From Azolla caroliniana (taxonomy: Eukaryota > Plantae > Polypodiophyta): a DNA stretch of 64,000 bases. The stretch is taken from the NCBI GenBank assembly GCA_043228905.1, contig JBHGNT010000004.1, positions 18,228,001 to 18,292,000 on the forward strand, given 5' to 3'. Shown here one piece after another: positions 13,594 through 25,177 of the stretch. Each line of letters opens with the position of its first letter. Within the stretch, counting starts at the first letter, position 1. Both the position numbers and the translations under genes were made by a program. The notes under the pieces were generated by a model that searched no databases, had not been told where the DNA came from, and saw only the letters and a list, made by a program, of their open reading frames with translations.

Positions 13594-14659
13594 GGGATTG
13601 TTCTCCCCCTCAAGCCTGTGACGAAGGCTTGGATCCTCGGGCTCTTGTTCGGCCACTACCTTCATCGCGAGGGTATAGTGATGGGCCATATACTCATTGT
13701 AGGCGTAACGAGTGACTTGGGTCTTCGCTCGTGATGAGCGGCGGAGTTTCTCGTTTGTCGATGTGAGTGCCTTCTTTACTCCGGGTGTCCTCATGATGGG
13801 TACACCGAACTCACTGTCTAGTGAGCGAGCCGAATCATCCGAATCACGGTCGTCGGGGTGGACCTCGACTTCGTATTCGGGCATCTTACCTTTGCCTTTG
13901 TCCGATGTTGGACTTGGCCGCGATGTGTTTTCATCGCGTGGAGGCTCTTGTGGGCCGATTAGCTCGGTAGAGCTTGGATTGTCCTTCGGTGCAGGACTTG
14001 GCCGAGTTTCGTCGTCCGAGTTGGCGTTCAACTCTTCCTCGATCGGGTCGGATGGAGTCACATCGGGCTTATACTAAGATGCCGATTCATTGAAAATGAC
14101 GTCGCGACTTATGCGCACCGCTCGGCTCGAAGGGTTGAAGCACTTGTACGCCTTTTTCGTGGACAAGTATCCTATGAGGATACATTCTTCCGACTTTGCG
14201 TCGGGTTTCTCTCGACTTTCGTTCGGGATGCGTACATTCGCAATGCTTCCGAACACCTTGAGGTGCGAGAGGATCGGCTTTCTTCCAACGAATATCTCGT
14301 ATGGAGTAAGCTCGTGCACGCTATTTGTGGTGCATTGATTCATGAGGTAGACGGCCGTGGATGCCGCTTCCGCCCAATAGAAGTTAGGCATGTGCTTCTC
14401 ACGCATCATGGCGCGTGCTACCTCGAGTATTTGCCGATTCTTTCTCTCGGCTACTCCGTTTTGTTGGGGAGTGTGTTGGCATGAGAATTCTCTACGAATG
14501 CCTTCACCTTGGAGGTAGGAGGTGAACTCATCGGAGAAGTACTCCTTTCCTCTGTCCGATCGTAGGCATCGAATGTGCCGACCGGTTTCTTTCTCCACTT
14601 GGCTTTTGAACCTTTGAAAGTGGGAGAGCACTTCGCTCTTCTTCTTCATCGGGTATATC

Positions 14660-17600
14660 TGTTACCGGCCGGCAAAGGAGTCCAGAGTGGGAAACGGAGA
14701 GTTATTTAAGTAGTAGGAATGTGGTTGTAATTAAGCTATGAGTGTGGACGGACGGACCGGAATCGGTATGCCGTTCCGGATCCGGACTGATCCCGAACAG
14801 GTGCGGATGGCACCATTTTGTAATACAGACCGGAAACCTATTTAAAGGCCCGGATACAATGTAATCAATAGCGGTTAATTAATAGAAGCTTAGCGTTGTT
14901 ATCTCTTTGTGTTAATTGCCGTTCTGTCTTAATTGTTATATTTTACGCGTGTAATTATGAAAGACGATCATGCTAAGTAACTTAATTAAGTCGGATTAAG
15001 CGTTGAGTCTAATCCGGTTGCCGTAACACCCTTTGGTGAAGTGTCTTCCGTAGACACCTTGTGTTAGGCCATTGTCCGGTCCGAAGAGTTAACACAGTTT
15101 TTGGCGACCACGATTCCTGTTTTTGCAACGAACGACGGCACGGATGGATGTCTAGATCAACGCACGACCTGGTTATAGATCGAACTCGACGCCTTGCCGA
15201 AAGGCAAAGGAGACACAAGGCTTTCCAGCAAGCGGCGCAGGAAATTAGAGCGGATCGCTCGTTTTCCAACGTAATCCGGAGAGTAGCGGAGGACTCCCTC
15301 TGGTTACAGCAAACATCGCACCCGGACGACGGCAACAGCCTAAGCAGGCTCTGGGAAACCGAATCCCTTCTCCACGTGTTGGCAAACGGAGAAGGCGAAG
15401 CAGAAACCTTTTCAGCATATGAATCAGACTCCGAAGGGGAATACAGCGTGCACACGAACTACCGTAGCAGCAACGAAACCCCGGGTGGACCGGAGGAAGA
15501 AGGATCGGGTACCTTACCGACACCGGAACCGGAAGTGCTAACGCTGGAAACCCCGGAACTAGCAGAGGAAGAGCGACCTTCGACACTGGAAGTCGAAGAG
15601 GAGAGGCCTCCGTCACCAAAAGAAGAGGAGAAACCACCGACGCGAGAAATAAATCGGGAAAGACCACCGACGCTGGAGAAAATTCCGGAACGAGCACCAA
15701 CACTGCCAGCCCGCACACCGATACCGGACGACGACATGCCGTTCCAGTACTCCAAGTATAGAGATGATCCGGACGCGGAAGCTCATGTGCACGCCTTTGA
15801 ACAGACATAGGAAGCCAACCATGTGTCCTAGCGATTGACCCCAGAGGAAGAAGAACGCTCTAAGATAGCGGAATTTGGCGTCACATTGGAGGGACCGGCA
15901 ACAAGATGGCGCCGGACGCAGGACCCGTCTACCATCAACACCTTTGCAGATTTAAAGGCTAAATTCTTGCATTTTTTTCAAAAGGAGGTGGACCAGACCA
16001 TAATGGTAGGCTGATTTTATACCATCCGACAGGAGGCATAACATTCCCCAATTTGTCATCCGGTTTCAATGGATGCATAGTCAGCTTGCCCGCGCACCCC
16101 CGGAGGAGGAATTACGGACTATATTTCTAAACGCGCTCCGGGAACCCCTACGCACGGTTTGCACGGTAATTGACTTTTGCACAAGTACCATCGACCAGGT
16201 CATTGACCGGGTGAGAGAGATGGAAAAGACAAGCTCCTGGCTCACACTGGGAGCACTCCAACGGGCGTTACCGTCCGATGAAGACCTCCGGTTTCGGCAA
16301 CCAATACAATGCACAACCTGCTTGAATTCTGGACACTCGGCTCTAGAATGCACTATGAGGACGCAATGCGTAATCTGTCAATCCAAGAGCCATACGACGG
16401 ATAGGTGCAAGTATAATCTGTTGAACCGGCAAGCACCGCCCGTCCGACAAATTGAGCCACGCAGCAGCCGGGATGAAGAAGACGAACGCTGGCGGCGAAT
16501 GGATCACGACCGACTGGCACAGGATGTCCGGTATGGCGATCAACGGGAGAATGATGTCAGGTACGGTGATCGGCGGGTTAACTATGACCGGCATGATCGG
16601 TACCGGGATTACAATAGACGATACGAACATTACGACCGGGAGCACTCCCCCGGGTATCGTCAGCAATGGGAGGAATACGGCAGATATAACGGGCAACCCC
16701 GTCAAGAGTACTGTAATAAGAAGAGCTATAACAAAAAACGGCATTTTAAAAAAGGAGGCTACCCCCGGGATCCGGAACAAGGAGCTCCAAGCAGCCAACC
16801 GGTACAAAACCCCGTACGTACCGCACGACTTGCCCCGGGTACAACAGACAATGCCGAATCTAGCAATACCCGGAAAGCCTACTGCTACTACTGCCGACAG
16901 GAAGGCCATTATAGTAACCAATGCCCGGTGAAGAGCTATGAAAAACGACCGACGGTAAATATGGTAGTCCCTGAGGTGGCAGATCTGCAGCAGGTGACCA
17001 CAAGGTCGAAGGGCATGGCCAAGGAATGGGAGACGCAGGAGACCATCCGGAAACAAGCAACGGAATGGGTAAAGAAAGCAAACAAACAGAATGTCACAGA
17101 CTTACAGCGGCAAAAGGAGAACACCGCAGGGCTTGCCGGCGGTAGTCACTCCGAGAACGAGACATGGCAGGCGTAGCAAGAATGCCAGATTATGTTGCCA
17201 CTAGGAAGACTCCTACAACTCGTGCCAAGATTCACGGAAGGACTGAAGACGACCATGACGGCAGGAGAACCATCACCGGCACCGGTACTCTTCTCGAATC
17301 CGGAGGAGGGACCAACAGTGGTGGACACCAGCAGTCCGGTAATCACTGCCATTGTAAAAGGGAAGGAACTCCCCGGCACAGTTATAGACGGAGGCTCTGG
17401 GTGAATGTAATAAGCCTCAAGGTACTATTGTCGCAGGCACCGGTAGTGCAACCTCCGGATTAGAGTAAAGAATTTCACGTGTTCGTGGACGCCTCCGACA
17501 TCGCAATCGAAAGCGTACTTATGCAGCTTACGGAGTCAAAATGGTACCGGCCAGTGTACTATGCCAGCCGAAAGCTATCCCAAGCAGAACGAAACTACTC

Positions 17601-20600
17601 TACCACGGAACGGGAAGCTCTAGGGATGATCTACAGTGTGACAAAGTTTCGGCATTATTTATTGGGAAGGAAGTTTTCCTTCCATGTAGATCATTCGACA
17701 CTCCTTTACCTAGTGTCCAAAGCGTCACTCACCGGCAAATTGGCCCGGTGGACCTTACTGTTACAGGAGTTCGAGTTTGAAATATTCCACCGACCCGGTA
17801 TACAGCATGCCGTGGTGGATTAATTAAGCCGATTAGAGTCCGGAGAGACAGGTGACGGAGTAGCGGATGAGTTTCCGGATGCGGAGCTGTTTCGAGTCAC
17901 TACGGAGACGGCAACAGATGAGACAGTGGCACATGAAGACAAATGGCTCACAAATATGCACCAGTTTCTGAGCACAGGATTGCCTCCGGAAGAGATGAAC
18001 CGGGACGAACGGAAACGCCTGGCGGTGCAAAGCCGACATTTCTGCTTACTGCAAGACACACTGTACCACAAGGGCGCGGACGGCATATGAAGACGGGCGG
18101 TGCGCAGCGATGAAAAGGAACTGATACTGAGGGAAGCCCACTGCGGAGTTGCCGAAGGTCACTATGCTGGAGATGCGACAACCAGGAAAATATGGCAAAG
18201 TGGCCTATGGTGGCCAACGACATTAAGAGATGCGGTACGGTACGCAAAAGAATGTGACCTATGCCAACGAATGGGCCAGCCAACGGAGCAGGCTCGTATG
18301 CCACACCAGCCGGTACTACCACTCGAGCCATTCCAGAAGTGGGGGCTGGACTTTGTGGGACCGTTCAAGACACCGGCAATGAGAACGGGTAATCGATACG
18401 TCATCGTCGCGACGGATTATTGCACGAAATGGGTGGAGGCCAAAGCATTAAGGGATAACACCGCTGCGTCAACGGCGAAGTTTCTATATGAGTACATCTG
18501 GTGCCGTTACGGATGCCCAATTGAATTAATAAGCGACCAAGGGGGGCACTTTCTCGGCCAAGTAGTGGAAAGCCTGACGACATTCTATGTCGTTGTCCAC
18601 AAACGGAGCACACCTTACTATCCACAGGCGAACGGTTTAGCGGAATCAACGAACAAGACGCTCTAGAATATCCTCCGGAAGATCGTCAACGAAAACCGAA
18701 CGGATTGGGACACAAAGCTACATAGTGCGCTTTGGGCATACCGGACGGCATACAAGACGAGCATCCAAACAACACCGTTCCGGTTAGCGTTCGGACTAGA
18801 GGCGGTAATGCCGGTGGAATTCCAAGTGCCAAGCTTACGTATCCAGCTACGGGAACGACTGAACGAGGAGTCGGAGGCAATACGGTTGACAGCGCTGTGT
18901 GAACTCGAGGAACAACGATTGGCCAGCATCCTGCATTTAGAATTAGAGCAACGGCGACGGAAAGCATTTGTCGACCGGTACAGGAAAGGAAACGAAAAAA
19001 TGTTCGCAATCGGCAAACCGGTGTTAGTATTTTAGACCCGGATGGGCAAGATGCCGGGTAAACTACGGTTTAGATGGACCGGACCGTATTGGCTAACACG
19101 GGAGTATAATGGGTCCTACCAGTTAGGGACACTTGCTGGCGAAGTGCTAGGCAAATGGGTCAACGGATTCCGGTTGAAGCCATATAGAGGACCGATGCCT
19201 AAGAACCCATTTGAGCAAAGGACCGAAACCAGTGAGGGAAACGGCAACCACCAAGACGGCAGAGAAGGCGAGCCGGTAACTGGGGAAAATGAGGCCGGTA
19301 AGGGTCCAAGAGGACCAACGGACAAGTAACGTCACACTAAATTAAATTATTATTAAAAAAAAAAAAAAAAAAACAACCATGCAAAAGCGAGGAATGAATG
19401 GATGAAAGAGCGAGGAGCGAAAAGGTACGTAGTGGGCATTTAAAGCGCCACCACAGGACATAATGCTATTTTAGTACACGACATGCACACACTCGAAAAA
19501 GGCGCCAGAATGCACAGACAAAAACCACTGTGCGTAGAGACCCTTTACTTTCGCGAACCCAGGAGCACAGAAGCACCAAGACGCTGCAAGATCATCAGAC
19601 GAGAACCTGCGCACAGAGAACCCCCGCCTTCTGAACTCTCTCTCTCTCTCAACCTCACTTTCATCACCATCCAACCTCGCCACCGCAATCCGAGCTCGAC
19701 ACAGAAATGGACCCGCAAACGTTGTCGGAAGCTGCCAAGACATGGCTAAAGCAACACGGGCTCGAGGGCTTCTTGATGATGATGGAAGTACCGCCACACA
19801 AAGACGCCGACAAAGTGATCAAAGAAATCGACACAGAGGTCATAACGGCAGAGGCGATTCGAGCGTTAACAGGTCTTCCGGAGGGAGGCATACTCACGAT
19901 CGACAATCCAACCCCGGAGCAACTCATCAGGTATTTTGGTGAGTACTCTCTAGCCAGCAAGGGCTACCGGACACAGGGCGGCGGAGATATGCTGTTCCGC
20001 GAGATTGCTCGTGTGCTCCCCGAGTATGGCTACGTGTACCCTAGACCCCCGGTCATGCCGCAGAACCGGGCAGGGATGATCATCGCCACCTATGAAGGGA
20101 TCAAGGTGGATTGGCCGGTACTGATCACAGACGGGTTGTGTGCGGCGATCGAGATCGTCAGAGGCAAAGACGACAAGGAAGGCCGAGACGGACGGAGGAT
20201 ATGGCATGCCGTAACACAGTGGCTCACCTTGCTTGTGCCACCCGTCCAGCCCGTCCAGCCCAAGAAGCGAGGAAGAGTGGCGGACGGCACCCCAAAGACG
20301 GCTTCAAATGACAACAACTGTTGGCCTCTAAGGCCAGTAAGGGAAAGGCGGCGGATGCAGAACAGGTGGCAGCCGGAAGCGCCCAACGGAGGCGCAGGAG
20401 GAACCACCGCCACGGCTCGTAAAGGTTACACTCCGCCGACCGGTGAATAGAGAAGTGGACCCCTTGGCGGCAAAACTCAATGCCGGGGCTCAGGAGGAGG
20501 ATATAGAGGAGGAGCCTACGGAGCACCTCCAGCGACGGTCGTCGGCAAGGACCGTTGAGGCAACCGGGAAACGTTCGGACCCTCAGACGGAGGGAACACC

Positions 20601-22972
20601 AGCTCCCCTTACTGAGACTCCCACGCCAAGGAAGGAACCGGAACCGGTGCGCATGGCATCGGAATCAGAAGCCCCGGCACCACCGGCAACACCGGCAAGT
20701 CCCATCCCGCCAGAGCCGGAAAGATCAATACAGCCTCCCTCGGCCAGCCAAGAAGAAGTGCAAGGGGAACCAAGACAGCAGGGTGGTCCACAGGCAGAAA
20801 CGGAACTGCAACTCGGCGCAACCAGGCGGGACCACCCATCTACAAGTGAGCCCATCTGTCAAACCTCCGTGCAAGCACAACAAGGCACCGGTAGCCTGTG
20901 GCTCCGGTGGATAGGTGAACAGATAGCTGGAGCAGTGGGGTATATTGAGGCGGAAGAAAGAGCGCAAAGCGAACGGTTGCTCAACACAACCGAACAACTA
21001 GAGACGGCCCGGTCCAGAATCTGGTGCCTTGAAAAAGACTTGGATCAGGTCACGACAGAGATGGCCAAAATGGCCTTAACGGCAACACAGATCCAATCAC
21101 CGGTGACTCTGGTAAGTGTACAGAATAAAGAAACGGATCGACCTGTACATAGTAATAAGACCCCGACAACGGAAACCGTTCCGGTGAGAGATGCGGCGCA
21201 AGCCTAGGAGCTTGCGGAATTGAGAGACGAACTTGCCACACAAGAAGCGCTAAGGAGCCGTGAACGTGAATTGAAGACAGCGGCCGAAGCCGAATTAAAG
21301 AAGACTGCTTAGAACCTCCACCGGGCAGAGGAGAGCCTCCGGAAAGGCCATCAAGCGTACGACCGGCTAAAGGAGGAAAAAGACAAAGTGCTGCAGGAAA
21401 AGGACAAGCTGCGGAAAACGGCGAAAACGGAGATTGAACGGCTAAAGGAAGAGCTCCGCCAGCAGAAGGACCGCGAGGACCGGGCCCGTCGACAGATCAA
21501 CGCACGGCTCAAGCAAATGACAGATGATTTTGAGCACCTGCACCGGGACTACAAACGGCTGGAAACGGAGCATAAAGAACGGATGGCCGAGCTCCAGCAG
21601 GAAGTTGATCGGGCCGCGACGGCCATCGCCGATGAACGTGCGGAAAATACAAGACGCTTTGACGAGGCGGAGAAGGTCTGGATGGAGCTCCAGAGGCAGC
21701 AGCAGGAAGAGAAAGAGAGAGCGTCAACAGTATTGCAGAAATTACAAAGTACATATCAAAGGCAATTGATGCATTACAAGGCACAGGCGGAAGACAACGT
21801 CAAAATCATTAAGCAACTGAAGGAGGAACGGCAAGCGGCGGAAACCAAATCGCAATTGGGAACGAGCCGGATTCAGTCCATCCTCCGGGCATGGCTGAAT
21901 TAGACAAAACACTTGATTGATGAAAGCTCCGTAAAATGGTGGACAAAGTGGGCACAAAACGCGGTGGAACTCCAGTTGTTACGGGCAGATGTGGCAAACC
22001 GGCGGAAGGAAGGAGATGATTGTTATACGTTGACTTCCGAGAACTTCACCGCCATACGGAACGAGCTGGCCGACGACTTCCAAGTCCTGGCGGATGAACA
22101 GCTGGCGCAGGTCAGGCAGCTCCTAGCTCAGCTAGACGATGATAGGCTGGACGCTCAAATCCAGTTTGAAAGCTACGAGCGGTCCCGGGTTCGGGAAGAA
22201 AAAGCAAGGGAAGCGGCAACGGTTCACCTTAGTGATGAGGAACCGTCGCCGGCTGAGGGCCAGCCCGGAACCAGTCAACCGGAGACCACTACGACACAGG
22301 GAGCAACAACGGAGACGCCGGTGTCAAGAGCAACAAACGGAGGAGCAGCCGCAACAGCCACCAACGGACCCGCCGCAGCAGACATCAACAAAGCAGCAAC
22401 AGCAGCAACAACAACAACCACTTCCAGATGAACCATTGGAGCCTCTCGAACAAAGCATTCTGGATATTTTGGATGAAGAATAGCAAGGGTCGGTTGTGGA
22501 TTCGACGTACAAGGTACTGTCCCACGGGCGTGCCATGTGTTACCGGCCGGCAAAGGAGTCCAGAGTGGGAAACGGAGAGTTATTTAAGTAGTAGGAATGT
22601 GGTTGTAATTAAGCTATGAGTGTGGACGGACGGACCGGAATCGGTATGCCGTTCCGGATCCGGACCGATCCCGAACAGGTGCGGATGGCACCGTTTTGTA
22701 ATACAGACCGGAAACCCATTTAAAGGCCCGGATACAATGTAATCAATAGCGGTTAATTAATAGAAGCTTAGCGTTGTTATCTCTCTGTGTTAATTGCCGT
22801 TCTGTCTTAATTGTTATATTTTACGCGTGTAATTATGAAAGACGATCATGCTAAGTAACTTAATTAAGTCGGATTAAGCGTTGAGTCAAATCCGGTTGCC
22901 GTAACACCCTTTGGTGAAGTGTCTTCCGTAGACACCTTGTGTTAGGCCATTGTCCGGCCCGAAGAGTTAACA
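14660..22972 (+). mobile_element. Gypsy-B: non-chromovirus (Athila/Tat-like) Ty3/gypsy lacking RT, with a 3' extra ORF; LTRs 14660-15094 and 22538-22972
   Basis: 435-bp LTRs with ~6 substitutions and TSD ATATC. PBS tggcgaccac (tRNA-Arg-like). Gag with CCHC knuckles, protease VIDGGSG, RNase H FVDAS/EREAL, integrase HHCC plus WGLDFVGP and WTGPY. Confidence 0.95.
19707..22483 (+). pseudogene. Additional 3' ORF of Gypsy-B (~900 codons; globular N-terminus, Pro/Glu-rich linker, long coiled coil), disrupted
   Basis: Consecutive ORF pieces 19707-20450, 20443-21207, 21388-21903 and 21913-22431, separated by frameshifts or TAG stops. E/K/R/Q/L-rich heptad-like sequence. Confidence 0.8.
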
Positions 22973-24396
22973 ATATCCACGCGTAGCGCGAGTGGTCGTC
23001 GATGAAGGTGACGTAGTAGCGGCATCCGCCGAGCGTTGGCGTTTGAGCCGGTCCCCATACATCCGAGTGTATGACGTCGAGGAGGCCTTTGCTTGTGGAG
23101 CTCTCCTTCGGGAATGGGAGTCGATGTTGTTTGCCGAGTTGGCATGCTTTGCACACTCGGTCGACTCGTTTCGATTCGAAGGCCGGAAGGCCGGAAGTCC
23201 GATTGCATTCCGCGAAGCCGTTGGAGGTTTACGTGGCCAATTCGCTTATGCCACAACTTGATGTTTGTCTCGGTATTGAGACCTTTGGCGTACATGGCCG
23301 ATTTTACCTCGCTTGAGTCGAGGATGAACAAGCGACTGTCTCTCTGTCCCTTGGCTATGAGTCGGCCGTCTTTCTCGATGAAGCAACCTTCATTGTTGAA
23401 GCGGACTTGCATGCCTTGCTCCACGATTTGGCCAACCGAGACCAAATTCTTTGTTATTGTGGGCACGTGCAAGACATTCTTGATGCAAGTTTGCTCGCCT
23501 TCTTTCCCGAATGGGACATCGCCGATGTGCCGAATGGGATGCGGAGTGTCGTCTCCGGTCTCTATGTAGCCGGGTCGATCCGGTGTTCACAAGTCGCGGA
23601 ACCACTCTTGGTGCGACGTCATGTCGTGCGAGGCGCCGGAGTCTACGAACCACGCGTGTTCGGAGTTGGAGGTGCTTGCGGAGTTTGTGGGATCGGAGGC
23701 TATCATATGTACTCCCAAGATGAATAGTTGCTTTGGTCTAGCTTTTTGCTAGGGAGTGAGCTTCCCATTTGTTTGTTCATGTTGATTGTTGTGTCTTCTG
23801 TTTTGTTTTTCTTCTCTTGGTCGCGTACACGTCCTTCGTAGCGGCACTACAGTAGCAGATAGCGAATATCGGGGATTTGTCGTCGGCGTCTCGAACACAC
23901 AATCACGAATAAGCGGTGGGCTTAGTGGATTTCCTAAACCACTCGCTCTGATACCATGTTAAGTAATTAGGTAATTAACTAGTGTTAATTAGAGACTAAT
24001 TATATGGTTACATTAAGCAACGGAAGATTAATATGATATGTGCGTGAGAGTGTGTGAGAGGAAGAGAGAGAGAGAGAGGAAGTTACACTTGAACACAAAG
24101 ATAAATGGGGGATGATTGACTATATTGAAAAGTGTCATCAACATACAAAAATACCCACAATGAGGTATATATACAACCCATGTGCAAAGGTGCACATGTG
24201 TGGGTAGAACATAGGTACTTATGTGTAAGTCCTACATTAAATGTACTAAGGAGTGGAGGATCTAGAATATCTCACTTAAGTACAAGGTCCTATTTAAAGG
24301 CTTAAGGTCAACACATTAACTAGATTCGATCTAGGTAACTACTAAGTTACATGTGTTGACTAACTAGATTAACTAGTTGAGCTTGATATCTCAACA

Positions 24397-24986
24397 GAGA
24401 TAATGTATAATGATGTTGATGTGGAAGATGATTGAGGACATGTTGATTTGTTCAGTAGACAACGTAAGTGTAGATATGCACTATTACTATTAGAGATATG
24501 CCCTAATGTAAGCATATGATAAGGATAAAACAATGATAGATAGATAGAAAGGAGAGAGAGAAAGAAGGGTGCCAATCCACCCGACCACCCCCAAGCGAAG
24601 GGATTGAGACGGACTCGAGCCTTGATCGGCGTCCCATACCACCGCCGTGGCGTCGAGTCGTACCTGGTGTTGGCGCGCTCGCTACAAGAGTTGACCCACC
24701 ACAAGAACAGAGTCTTGACGTAGTCAAAAGATGATGAAATGAGGGTAGCTAGGCCCCCAGACAAGTTAACACTTGGCCTAATGGGTTGTCTCAATCCCGA
24801 GGATTAAAAGTAATCCTCCCCTTCTTTACACTCTCGTTTAACACTCACACTTATCCACGTGTATAGAATACTACGGTATATTCTCACCACGAGATATTAT
24901 ATGGTCATGCCCGTAACAATTACACACAAAGAAAGAGAGAGATAAGCTCAAAGTAAGACTATGTTACATTAACCATCGAACACTAG
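24397..24986. mobile_element. Fragment of an unassigned LTR-like sequence (probably starts TGATGG at 12064 and is split by Copia-A)
   Basis: Non-coding and contiguous with 12064-12073 once Copia-A is removed. Contains a cgtagtattctatacacgtgga-like motif (reverse) similar to the start of the element E LTR. Confidence 0.45.
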
Positions 24987-25177
24987 TGTGAAAGTGTTTT
25001 TAGAATTCAAGGTATTGAACACAACAAGAATATAAGTTATGGAGCATTCACATCCGGAGGTCAAGACCACAAACCAAGGTCTTGAGGATAAGTCAAACTA
25101 AAAGCAAGACACGTGGAGAAAAGTAAAAGAAGAAAAAAGCGGGCCACCAAAACACAGTCTGAAATGAACGTTTATAA

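Larger units (their letters stand above)
12074..24396 (-). mobile_element. Copia-A: internally deleted Ty1/copia (protease and integrase only); LTRs 23957-24396 and 12074-13277
   Basis: Matching TG..CA LTRs, TSD GAGAT (12069-12073 / 24397-24401), iMet PBS at ~23941-23956, PPT at 13278-13291. WFVDSGAS protease and integrase core are present and split by element B. Confidence 0.93.

Noticed and set aside
19707-22483. Envelope gene
   Set aside because: It sits in the env position, but no signal peptide or transmembrane helix is evident and it is mostly charged coiled coil.
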